Translations under genes and position numbers: made by a program | The notes under the pieces: model-generated | The model's input: the letters and a program-made list of their open reading frames with translations, nothing else | Databases searched by the model: none | What the model was told of the DNA's origin: nothing | Assembly (NCBI GenBank): GCA_907165135.1 | Contig: OU015567.1 | Location: 8,680,001-8,744,000, forward strand | Length of the DNA stretch: 64,000 nucleotides | Direction of reading: 5' to 3' | DNA from: Oikopleura dioica | Lineage: Eukaryota; Animalia; Chordata | Shown here: positions 37,930 to 49,890 of the stretch, one piece after another | Layout of the letters: each line of letters starts with the position of its first letter | Numbering within the stretch: the stretch's first letter is position 1

Positions 37930-38811
37930 ACAAATTCAAAACCAAATCAATTTATCTGATGAGATTCATCAATTGGTCTTTACTAAAAATAGCCTTTACG
38001 TCGTGAACTGAAATAAATACAGTAATTTGACTCTAATAAGTCATCTTTTAATTATTTATTCTGTTGTTTTGAAATTCTAAAACGGCAGAAATAGTTTCGA
38101 GAATCACTAGAATCGACTTGTTTTCGAATTTTTTAGCAGCGCCGAAATCAATTACAATTTTACAAAAATTCTCTAGAATTTTTGCCTACCTCAGGGCTAA
38201 AATCATCACTCAATCAGTCTTCGGATTTTCGAAAGTCCGGCCAGATGATAACTGGCGGTAAGTTTTTACCTCACTTTTACGAAGGTTTCTAACTTTTTCT
38301 TTTTAGAAAGTATTCGCAAACGCGAGTTCAAAGCGAAAAGGGATCCAAAAAGGATCCCTTCACGACAAAGAAGATCACAATCGCTAAGAGCGAATCTCGA
38401 GAAAATTATTGCAAAAAAAAGCAATAAAAACCTATCACCTTCAAATTCTTTTTTGTCTTTTTATTTGCAGGAAGTTTGCTTAGATAAGAGGAAAGAGCGG
38501 TTTAGAGTTTCTGATGTCAAAACAGATTAGTTGCTTCGAAAGAGGATGAAAACCGGCGTTTCGGTAGCAGATTTCACGGTTGAGCAGTGACACTGCGCGA
38601 AATATTGATTTCTGCGCGCTTTTTCATTGAATCGATTGAAATCGTTGCGAAAAGGGTCTGAAAGTATTGCTATGAAACGCTTATTTTTGACATGTTGAAA
38701 TATTTTATTTATTCAATAGAAAATACATTTACAGCAACATTACGTTGCCAACAGAAAATCAGATGCAGCATGCTCATGTGATCATTTTATGGCAGTTATG
38801 GGTAAATTTGT

Positions 38812-38827
38812 GGCCCTAAAAAGGGCC
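38812..38827 (-). terminator. Histone H2A 3' stem-loop
   Basis: Minus strand reads GGCCCT-TTTT-AGGGCC then ACAAATT. Confidence 0.93.
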
Positions 38828-38857
38828 GGGTTTGAAAATTCCTTCGTGAGAAGAAAT

Positions 38858-39232
<375 letters not shown>

Positions 39233-39332
39233 TCAAAAAGCGACTTTTTCTTTTTCTAGATGAGAAATTGAAATGGTGAAGAAATGGCGTTCGGAGACGG
39301 TATTTATTTGCTTGGGTGAGAAGCGCGGTGGG

Positions 39333-39497
39333 AAGAGTAGCGCTAATGAGCTGTTTCTCAGTTTGCTTCCCCGCCCACGCATTCGGGTTTCTCACTTTGC
39401 TTCACTTCGCCGCTGAAACGCGCCGCGCTGTGTGGGAGACAACCCGAATGCGTGGGCGGGGAAGCAAACTGAGAAACAGCTCATTAGCGCTACTCTT
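39333..39497. repeat. Perfect 57-bp inverted repeat in the H2A/H2B bidirectional promoter
   Basis: 39333-39389 is the exact reverse complement of 39441-39497, with a 51-bp spacer. Confidence 0.92.
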
Positions 39498-39587
39498 CTC
39501 AGCGCGCTTCTCGCCAGCCCACATAAAAAGCGAGGTCGACGTCTCATTCTTCACCATAACTTATTTTTTTCGAAAAATCAAGTCAAG

Positions 39588-39950
39588 ATGGCCGCCACCA
39601 AGGGATCGAAGAAAGCTATTGTCAAGAAGGCTCCCCCAGCCGGAGACAAAAAGAAGCGAAAGGCTAAGCGAAAGGAGTCCTACTCCATCTACATCTACAA
39701 GGTCCTCAAGCAGGTCCACCCCGACACCGGTATTTCCTCGAAGGCCATGTCCATCATGAACTCGTTCGTGTCCGACATCTTCGAGCGAATCGCCAACGAG
39801 GCCTCCCGACTCGCCAAGTACAACAAGAAGTCCACCATCTCATCCCGAGAGGTCCAGACCGCTGTCCGACTCCTTCTCCCCGGCGAATTGGCCAAGCACG
39901 CCGTTTCTGAGGGAACCAAGGCTGTCACCAAGTACACCTCCTCCAAGTAA
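39588..39950 (+). CDS. H2B: Histone H2B
   Basis: ATG at 39588: MAATKGSKK...[27 protein letters not shown]...KYTSSK*. Confidence 0.99.
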   Translation: MAATKGSKKAIVKKAPPAGDKKKRKAKRKESYSIYIYKVLKQVHPDTGISSKAMSIMNSFVSDIFERIANEASRLAKYNKKSTISSREVQTAVRLLLPGELAKHAVSEGTKAVTKYTSSK

Positions 39951-39979
39951 ATTTCCCTCTGGGATCTTTGCTAAAAACC

Positions 39980-39995
39980 GGCCCTTTTTAGGGCC
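39980..39995 (+). terminator. Histone H2B 3' stem-loop
   Basis: GGCCCT-TTTT-AGGGCC then ACAAATT. Confidence 0.93.
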
Positions 39996-40360
39996 ACAAA
40001 TTTTCAAAACAGTTTACTTCTGAATCATTACCACTCTCGTAAAAGTCTTTGTCGAAAATACTAAAGCTTTGAAACACAATTGTGGGATGCGACAATTGAT
40101 AGTTGTCAACGGTTCTCACGAACGATTTTATCTTCTTGAAAAACCAGACGATTGATCTTTCTATGGAAAAGAAAATTTTGTCTCCACTGAGGATATTGGC
40201 GAGCACTTCGGTTGGAGTCAATATCTTATCATTTTTGCTACCTCTATTGATTACTGTTAATTTTGAAGACATTCGTCAGTACCTATTTGGCCTTTGACGT
40301 TTTTTTGTTTTGCATTTTCTCCCGCAAATTGTGTTGAATCAACTGTTGATCTTCTTTTTA

Positions 40361-40903
40361 TTTAATTATTGGCTTTCAATCAAACGTGTTAAATTTAATT
40401 AACCTTTTTAAAAATAATCGATAACTGACTATATTTGATGAAAACAATTTCTAAAGCGCGTTTCCGCCGGCGAGTGGCTCATCCATCACGAAAAAGAGGT
40501 GTTGATCATCTTCAACCTTTTCTTTTCTTTTTCTCCGCCAAGGCAATCAAATCAACTCAGATCATTCCAAATTAGAGAAATTCAAAAACAAAAATAATAA
40601 AATGAAACTTCTTGGCATTTTTCTCACACTTGCAGTTCACGCTTCTTACGGGTGTGCCGATTTCGATGAAAATGAAATTAGTGTTTCGATGCCAGCTCTT
40701 TCGATAAAAATACCAGGAATTGAAAAATTGCAAAGAGAACTCGTCAGATTCAGAGAAAAATTCAAGCTCGCCGATAACGATCGAAAACGGCTGCGTTTTG
40801 AAATTATAGAGCTGCGAAAAAGCATCGACGAAAGCCGGAAACAATCGGAAAAATCGGCGGAGGAAATCAAAGAATCAATTAAAAACTCGTTCACGGAAGA
40901 AGT
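40361..40903 (+). repeat. Segmental duplicate (about 540 bp) of the promoter and first exon of the fibrinogen-domain gene at 45363-45905
   Basis: Near-identical upstream sequence and near-identical first 101 codons (MKLLGIFLTLAVHASYG...KNSFTEEV). Confidence 0.95.
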
Positions 40904-41093
40904 AAATCTCCCTCCGGGATCTTTGCAAAAACAGGCCCTTTTTAGGGCCACAAATTCTCAAATTATTCTTCCACTTTCCAAATTGAAAAACAGAGCTTTG
41001 AAGTATCGTTCTATTGGTGTAAGATTGGGAGGTGACATTTCATTAGACAAGGAAACCGGGTGGAAACCGTCGAACTGTCAGAGCAACCAGTAA
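40602..41093 (+). CDS. Chimeric ORF: signal peptide and coiled coil fused to an H2B-type 3' UTR
   Basis: The 163-aa ORF matches the 45604 ORF up to FTEEV, then runs into sequence matching the H2B 3' end. Expression and function unknown. Confidence 0.5.
   Translation: MKLLGIFLTLAVHASYGCADFDENEISVSMPALSIKIPGIEKLQRELVRFREKFKLADNDRKRLRFEIIELRKSIDESRKQSEKSAEEIKESIKNSFTEEVNLPPGSLQKQALFRATNSQIILPLSKLKNRALKYRSIGVRLGGDISLDKETGWKPSNCQSNQ
40934..40949 (+). terminator. Orphan histone-type stem-loop with no histone gene upstream
   Basis: GGCCCT-TTTT-AGGGCC-ACAAATT, preceded by about 35 nt resembling the H2B stop and 3' UTR. Confidence 0.85.
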
Positions 41094-41445
41094 AAACGGT
41101 TCTCGAACGAGTTTTTTCTTCTTTATCTTTAGAAAATCTTTTTCTCTTGAACTCGAAGTTGGAGAGAGACTCGTTATGACAATAGAAGAAGAGAATTTTA
41201 GAAAAATCAGCCCGATTTTTCAGACTCGAGTCAGGGTAATTGGAAGTTTAATAAGTTATAAAAAGAAATAAATTTGATAAAAAGTGCATTGATTGCGACT
41301 GCATTGGTGTTTTGAGGCAAAAGGGGAGGAAGGTTTATTTACTGCCAGAAAAAGTATTGACAACCCGCAGCATTCATACTCAAGAATATGATATCAGAAG
41401 ACTAGAGAAGAAGAAAACGTGGACGAAAAAGGTCACCGAAAAAAT

Positions 41446-44400
41446 GAGCCTGGCTAAACATGGAAACGCTACGGATCCACAGCAATACAGTTACCTCACA
41501 CTTGGCTCAATTTTTTGGATAACGGTGATGCTTATAGGTAGCATTCTTGTTGGTATGGTGAATTTTCATCAATTTTAAGCAAATGTCGGATCTTTGGAGA
41601 GATCACGCGGTCGCACAACATTTTTGAGTTCGACCTGTAATCGAAATTACAAGAAATGCGTACAGATTATATCGATGGACTATTGCGGTCATCTGATGAG
41701 ACAGTGTCATGAAACAAAAGAATTCATTCTTCCCGAACAAATTTCGATAATAAAATCAAATGAGAAGAAAATCCCTAAGTTCGATGAAGAAGAGAATCAA
41801 GTGAATCTCGACCGCTGCCGTAAGAAACAGTTTTATGATCAGAAAATTTGCCGTCATCTTTGTTCAAAGACACTGGTTTTGAGATCAACAAGGAGAACGG
41901 CGTTGTCCAACTGTGAAACGATATGTTTCCAGCTCACTAAATCATTTGATTCCGCGGGAGAAGTTTGCCCAACTCAGAAATACTGTCTCACTGGCTGCCC
42001 ATGTCCTTTCTACGAGTGTGAAAAATTTGAGTCACGTCAAAAACTCATTCCTGCTTTTGATTTGCAAACTTACAAAAAAGGCAATGCGTCGGATAGCAGA
42101 ATATCGAATGAAACGAATGAAGACATTGGAGCGATAACTGGTCGTTGGTACGATAGAACATTTAAATACGAAAGCTTTCCTATTATTTTGTCTGATTTTC
42201 GCGGAAACGTTAAACAGATTGATACTTCTGATTTGTTCCTTCATGAATGTTTTTCTGATATGAAATACCTATATAATTTATATAATATACATCAAGTCAA
42301 TAAAAATACGAAAGTCAACTGGTGCCACTTATCTCGAAGGAAGGCACTATTTGGTCGATGCTTTTGGGAATTTGATGAAAGTAAGAGAAAATGGAGATGA
42401 TACGATATTTATTGAGAATCGAAGAAATGACATGTACGTTTATAAATATTTTAATCACAGTAGTAATCTTACTAGGGGATTTTTTATTTTTCACTTTGGA
42501 TCGTCTATCGGAACACATCAAATTGAGATACGTCGAGAGGATAATGGCAGAAAAGTGTTTCCAGTGGTGGTTATCTGGAAAAGGTCGAAAGAGATAGAGT
42601 GACTCAGTTACATTATTTATTTTTTTGACCGGTTTAAGTTCCCCTACCGGGCGTGATAGCAAATGCTTTTACTACGCTCCGGATTACAACTTGAACCGGT
42701 TAGAGGAAGCCCAAGGCCTCATTGCGAACAGACACTACAACGCGAAAGTTTCTTCAGTCAGCTTTAAAGGTGTTTTCTATCTAATGAGTGTTAGAATGGG
42801 GGACTACTACGTCAAGCTCTCAAAAACGATTGCATTGAACAGAATTCGAAGAAGCGAAGAATTAGAGAAAGGATGGAGAAAGAGCCAAATCAATTTTCCA
42901 GCAGAATTTCGTGACTTAGACCCTGTTCATGTGGTGCCATTGAATAGGGTTTGATTTCGTAATTTTTCTTTATATTTCATATTGAAAACTTATGAAAGAT
43001 TGATGTCGGAAGAATGCTACTGATTTTTGTTTCGAGAAGTATCGAACTTTCTAATACATTGTACTCAGTGTTACTCGAGGCAGATGAACAGTTTTTTACT
43101 GTCGGCAGCGAATGGATAGGTTCACTCGTTGAATACGAAGAAGAATCCATCTGTTACTCGAAGATGTTTTCTTCGGACGATCTTTTTTACACAAATCTCG
43201 GTGGGATCATTAACGATGAATGCGAGTACTTCGTCGATGGAATCATCAATAACGAAAAAATATTCCTTCAAAATTACGTTTTTGATGTTAGATTTGAAGT
43301 AGTATTTAATTTTGGAACGGATAAACAATATTTAGTTAGTAGAAATAACGTCAATACCATATTTCGAGTCCAAATTAAATTCTCTTAAAAGAACAAATCG
43401 AGATCGAGTTCATACAGAAAAAAGCGGAGAAAAAGATGTACGTGACGAGCAATCCATTTTTCACTTTTCATGATGATGTCTTTCCTGCCTTTCAGAAAAA
43501 TGCTGTGTTTCAGCGAAGATATCCTAAGCCGAGCCCATATGAGAAGACAATAATTCCGGATAAGTTATTCTCGTCGCTAAGAGAACTTACACACATTTCA
43601 ACTGTTAAAATTAAAAATAATGGAACTGAATATTTTCAATTCGATATTCATCACAATAAGAATTTACGCCTTTCAAAAGAAAAAGAAATTATTGGATGCA
43701 AGTTCGTTGACGGAACGACTGTTGTCAGCTTTAGAATACGAGAAAGGGGCTCGATTTGGATTGATTCTGATTATTTTGATGAGCGATTTGTGTTAAAATT
43801 AAACAAAGATGGATTAACAAAGTTGGGCTTCCAAGTTAATTCAAATCATTCAATGGAATCGTCATTTTTCGAAGTTTTTGAGGGACTTGTTGATTTTTAT
43901 TTAGAATTTATAATTCTCTTCAAAAATCTCAACTTTTAAAGATTCATAAGAAAAAAAGAGAAGTAAAATCAAAGAGTGAAATGACGGGTCTTGCAAAAAT
44001 TGAAAACAAAAGACTCCGCGTTTTTAAGTCCGACCTTGCCGTTAATATCACAAATTTCATATATTCTATCAAATCAAGCCAGATAAATGTTCTTCTTCCT
44101 GAGGCTTCTGGACTTGACCGGTCATATAGTTTTATTCCTCATGGAACAATCATGAGCAGAATATTTTTGAACGCTCCCACTGCTTTTTATAGAGGAAATA
44201 TTGTATCTGAATATATATATTTCTCAAGACATGCTCTTGTTAATGATCAGCTTCACGTCTTTGGAGGCATTTATGATGCTCAGAAGGTAATTTCAGCAAT
44301 TTGAAATAGAGCAACGCAAATTTTCACTTATAATATTTTATACAGATTGCTCGGTTGGACAAATGTCAATTTACGGAATTATCTGTGCGACTTGGTTTTT

Positions 44401-45185
44401 CTTATCTCTTTGGACATACAGCGTTAACTGTTGATAAAGGAACCAAAGGTTAAATACTTTATCAAATATTAGAGCCCATGCAAAAAGTAATAAATTGGTT
44501 ATCTCAGATAACTTATCTGACAAATAATATTTTTAACAAACGTATTATTTATTTTTATTTAAGCGATGATATGTAACGGTAATAAGGAGAAAGCTTGTGA
44601 GATATTTGATGGATTTACCCTGACAATAACCTTTCCCACGAAAGAATCTTACTACTATCGTGAATTGGGCCTTTACAATGGTCGTCCGACTGTAATAGGA
44701 GGACAGTTAGCAGAAGGACTAGTGCAAATGCTGACCAGTGAGAAGTGGATTTCATTGCAAGATCATCCAGAGTTAGTGAGAAAATCGTTAACGCTGTGAA
44801 ATAAAGTTAAGATCGATCTTCGATTGTTCGGTGGTCAGCATGGATTCTGGAAGCCTTTTGACTATTGGAGGATCAATTTCTTCTTTCGATCAACCTTACG
44901 ATAGAATCTTTCGATTGACCAACAATAAGTGGACTTCTTTAGGCTCCCTTTTAAAAGTAAAATAAGTGTATCTTTCTTGAAGCTTTCAAAACTTCATCTT
45001 TATTCATTTTTAAGAAAGTTATCTCTCCGTCAGCGATATCATTTGGCGATTCTATTTTCGTATTCCCTGGAAAAGTAAGCAAATATGTCGGAACTCAGAA
45101 CTTGATTTCGGAAAAATATGAGTTTCCAATTCAAAAAATTCAACTAGGTCGAGGTCTCACCATATTTTCTCCTGTTAACTAGTGG
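41446..45185 (+). CDS. Uncharacterised large membrane-anchored protein with a Cys-rich module and a propeller/kelch-like C-terminus
   Basis: N-terminal hydrophobic segment (LGSIFWITVMLIGSILVG), Cys cluster CPTQKYCLTGCPCPFYEC, and later repeats HVFGG, PTVIGG and LTIGG. Exon joins are not all resolved, so it could be two genes or partly decayed. Confidence 0.45.
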
Positions 45186-45603
45186 CAAGAATGTAAAGAA
45201 ATCAGAAAGAACTAAGCCTGACCCTTGAAAAAGATTCCGACGAAAATTTTCATTCAACTTATGTGATTGCCGAGCAAGGAGCAGAAAGCTTTAATCCGAT
45301 TATTTTTGTTACCCCTGTAAATTACTGTTATAAGTTAAGAATCTGATATTTTACCCTCTCAGTTTAATTATTGGCTTTCAATCAAAACGAGTTTAATTAA
45401 ATTAACCTTTTAAAAATAATCGATAACTGACTATATTTGATGAAAACAATTTCTAAAGCGCGTTTCCGCCGGCGAGTGGCTCATCCATCACGAAAAAGAG
45501 GTGTTGATCATCTTCAACCTTTTCTTTTCTTTTTCTCCGCCAAGGCAATCAAATCAATTCAGATCATTCCAAATTAGAGAAAATCAAAATCAAAAATAAT
45601 AAA

Positions 45604-48600
45604 ATGAAACTTCTTGGCATTTTTCTCACACTTGCAGTTCACGCTTCTTACGGCAGCGGCGATTACGATGAAAATGAAATTAGTGTTTCGATGCCAGCTC
45701 TTTCGATAAAAATACCAGGGAATGAAAAATTGCAAAGAGAACTCGTCAGATTCAGAGAAAAATTCAAGCTCGCGGATAACGATCGAAAGCGGCTGCGTTT
45801 TGAAATCATAGAGCTGCGAAAAAGCATCGACGAAAGCCGGAAACAATCGGAAAAATCGTCCGAAGAAATCAAAGAATCAATCAAGAACTCGTTCACGGAA
45901 GAAGTCAGAGAAAAGAGAAAAAACTTAGAGGAGGAGTTTAAAGAATCAATGGAGACATTTCAGTTTGAGCTGAAAAATTCGTTGGTTGATTCAGAGAATG
46001 GCTTAAATTGAGTTGAATCGAGTTTGTTTTCGTGAAAAATAAAGCCAAAAGAAAGTTGGTAAATTTGGAAACGACAGTACGCTACTAGGTTATTCAATTA
46101 ATTAGAGCCAATCAATGAGTGTTTGTTTTAGCTAAATCGTTGGTTTCGATGACCTCGATGATTGACATGGTCACACGCGACTTTCAGAAATACCTTGATG
46201 ACTTTCATGAGAAGATTTCGAGCCAGAATTATACATAAGGGTTTCTCATATGAGCTTCAAATGGAACATATTTATTTGTCTTCTTATTATGAAACGGCTA
46301 TTAAACCCGAAATGAACTCAGTCCTGTCCTGAGCCAACACCAGTTAATCCAAGTTCTAGCCAGCCTCTGAAGTACTCCTCACCATCTCAGTCAAAGTTAT
46401 CAAGACTATTTCGAAGTCTTCTTCAATAATTGTGCCTTTAAATTAATTTGCTTGATAATTGAATGAAAGCAAGCTCAAGTGAAAATTGACAACGAGGTAA
46501 CTTTATTGCATATTTTAATGATAAACAGTCGTTAATTTTAGAATTCTGGCGCTTCGATTCTCAAGTGTTATCAGTGTTGCGAGGAAATCCCAATCACGAA
46601 TGATATGATTGCAAGTCTTCTAGGTCTCCAACTGCCAGGTGATCTTTCATTTTAAAAGTAAAAAGCGTAACTGAAGACATAGACGACTCATCCTTGATGC
46701 AAGACAGTGACTCAACCTCAAGTACCTCACAAGCGCAAACAGTCACGACACAGTCTCCAACAACAACTAAGACCAGTTCGACTCCGAGCTCAGTTTCAAG
46801 TCCGGCATCAACTAGCACTCCCAGTACGGATTCATCCACGGCTTCTGTAATTACAGCTGATGATGATGCTTTTGACGATCACGGTACTTCCATAGGTCCG
46901 GGTTCTCATAATTTTTAAAAAATTTTTTGATATCGAAAGTCGACAACTCGAGATAAGACAATGCCCCAGTAGACGTATCAACCAATGTCGCCGACAATAA
47001 AGACCCAGAACTCAAATCAATCAAACCCAGTCCACCACCAACCAAATCCCTAGAAAAAATCTGCAACGAAGACTGCCTCAGCGATTGCGCAGAGTACCAC
47101 AGAGCTGGCTTCACAAAATCCGGAGTTTATCGAATCAAACTGGCAGTTTACAAAGTAATCGAAGTCTTCTGTGACATGGATACTGATGGTGGAGGGTGGA
47201 CAACAATTCAGCGAAGAGTCAATGGCTCCGTCGATTTTAACCGACCTTGGGCTGATTACAAAAATGGGAAAAGGTCGAAAAGGTCGGTACTGTTGCTTGA
47301 ATGAAAGTAACGCAATTTCTCTTTAAATTGTTGCTGCTACGTAGTGATTTAAAAATAATTCTCCGGAATTGCGTCATTGCCAAAAATTAGACAGTGAAAA
47401 ATTTCTACTTTTGTCCTCAGTGCCCTAGATATTCACAAATAGATCGAGGATAAATAGTTATGAGCATGTTAAATATATTTCCATCGATTCGCGCCGGAAT
47501 GACGAAGTGGTTGCTATTTTTGGTCGAGCGTTTATTTTGCATCGAGATTGATATTCAAATGATTTGCTGATCCCACTTTTCACGTGAAAATGTAAAGCGG
47601 CAATAAACTGATTTAAACATTTCTTCCTCCGAGACTCAATACAATAACTTTTTTCTCTAACAAAAGAGTAAAAATTGAATGCCCGAACTATAAGTTAGGG
47701 TTAGGGTTATGACACGGATCTCAAGATTTTTCATCTAAATAACTCCTCATGTGACGAATTTGACCAATAATTTCTTGATTTTGTTTTTAATGAACGAAAC
47801 AAGAGACGTTTAACTACAGTTCTTCAACTTTAATATTAAGGGGATCACTATGTTAAGCCTTGAAAACGATCATGCCTTTTCTGAGTGTGAAAGCATTTTC
47901 TGACCTTGTGAAGATTCGGTGATATCGAAGGAGATCACTGGCTTGGCCTGGAGAACATGTACAGACTGACTCGCCAGGAAAAGTAATCAAGTCTTTTTTG
48001 AACGTGAAAGTATCGTTTTAGTTGGCTTCTATTAATACTGTCTGGTTGAAAGTTTCAACGTCTAATAATAAGTTTAGATCGACGCTGAGAATAGACCTCA
48101 CGGATTTCTTAGAAACGGTTCCAATCATGACCTTCTTTTTTCCATTTTTGAAATGACAGTAATGAACCATTTGTACAGGAAACTCACGCTACGCCGAGTA
48201 CGCGCGCGTCCGAATCAACTCGGAGAAAATGTTCTATCAGGCGCGGTTCTAAAGGGAAAAATACGAAATCACGTGCGTGAATAGTCAGAATAGCCTTTTT
48301 CGTCAAGTGTACGTAAGTTGATCGCTTATTTCTGTCGGCTGCCACGAGGTGGAAAAATTAAACTTTTCGCGTCATCGTGGAAAATAAAGCGCGCGCTTTT
48401 CCGAAAAAGGGGAAAAACTCGCTTATCATCGTTGACTAGATCTAATTGATAACTGGAACTTCCAGGGTAATTCTCAACGGGAATTTATAATTGATCGTAA
48501 AAATCATTCTTCTTATTAAAAAAGGGATGACTCTTCAGGGGAATATGGAATCTCTTAAAATGGGGTTGGGTTCGGGTCAGGGTTAGGGTCCCTAACCCTA

Positions 48601-49890
48601 ACCCCCGGAATCGGCAACTTTCACTTGAAATAACTTTCGTTTGGCCTTATGGATTAATATAATTCAAATTGCATATAGAAGTTTATACCTTCATTGCAAT
48701 TCGCAAGTAGCTTTACTCATTTTGAAATGTCAAACATGCACTCAGGGGCTCTTGAAAAATTCGAATTTTTGAAAAACGCCTTTTAGGGGTATTTTCAACG
48801 CGAAATAACTTTTTATTGGGCTTTTGCTTTGCTCTAAAAACTAGAGGATCAAGAAGAATGGACGCTAATCTACAGTTGCAAGTAGCTTTAGCATGATTAA
48901 TCAAGTTATAAAATTTTTTTCCCATGAAAAACTTTTCAAGTCCATTTATGCCAATTTTCGGCATTAAATTGCTCTCTAGCGGCAAATAACGGCCGAAAAA
49001 TTTTGTGCGGTCATTATATTCTTAATCAGTACATTCTAAGCTTTCTATAGACCCCTTATTTGTCTATTTTCGATGACATTGAAAAGTCGAAAAAAATACG
49101 ATTTTCACACTAAGTACAATTTACATGCATTTTTGCAATTTTCGAAGGGCAAAATTTCGGGTTAAGATGTTTGTTAGGGGGTACTATAATACATAAAAAT
49201 GATCCTCAGATAACGAGGAATCTAAATATGCGACAAAGGGACCCGTTATTAAGATTTGAAATTCCGGGGGAGGACCCCTTAAGGTTGGGTTAGGGTTAGG
49301 GTTAGGGTTGGGGTTGGGGTTGGGGTTTTGGGTTTTTATTATTGTTAGATCCACGAAAAAGCTAATGGTTTGGGGAAAATACTCTGGCACAGTTCAGGAC
49401 TCTCTGGAACGGCTCAATCTATTTTCAATTCAATTTTGCTCATCTTTTTTAATTTTATTTGCGATTAAATTTTAAAACAATAGAGCAAAAGCCCCAAAAT
49501 AGCAATACTCGTCCGCATTCGACCATAATCAGAAGAACTTCACTACATTCGATAGCGACAACGACAATTACGGTGGAGATATTATTTTTAACCCAACCGA
49601 AGCAATTATTTCTCAGAGAAGGGAAATTGCGCATCGCACTACAAAAATGGCTGGTGGTTTGACAAGTGCTTCGCTGCCAATCTCAATGGGAAATTCTACC
49701 ACGAGCCGTATGAAAACAAAATGAGGGATGGAATTTACTGGGGTCGATGGCCAAACAAGCTGGAAGGGAAATACATGGTCTTTACTGTAAGAATCTCATG
49801 AGCAACCGGGTTTTGACAAAGTAATTTTAGTACATCGACATGAAAGTTCGACCAGAAGATTTCAAGTCAGCGGCAATGAAAAACGCATAG
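45604..49890 (+). CDS. Secreted fibrinogen-related-domain protein (angiopoietin/ficolin-like architecture)
   Basis: Signal peptide, coiled coil, Ser/Thr-rich linker (46694-46918), then DCAEY...GVY...[37 protein letters not shown]...HWLGLEN...FTTFDSDND...NCA...GWWFDKCFAANLNG...GIYW...MKVRP. Confidence 0.85.
49283..49332 (+). repeat. Interstitial telomere-like (TTAGGG)/(TTGGGG) tract
   Basis: GGTTGGG(TTAGGG)3 followed by TTGGGG repeats. Related short tracts at 1149-1261, 47694-47709, 48562-48605 and 51835-51855. Confidence 0.8.

Noticed and set aside
39432-39587. N-terminally extended H2B (172 aa)
   Set aside because: The ORF track starts at a non-ATG codon inside the promoter inverted repeat. 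The credible ATG is at 39588.
39988-40297. Minus-strand ORFs converging on H2B
   Set aside because: They are short, have no recognisable domain, and run into the stem-loop. Insufficient support.
49184-49390. ORF with NPNPNPNP repeat
   Set aside because: It is a translation of the telomere-like tract.
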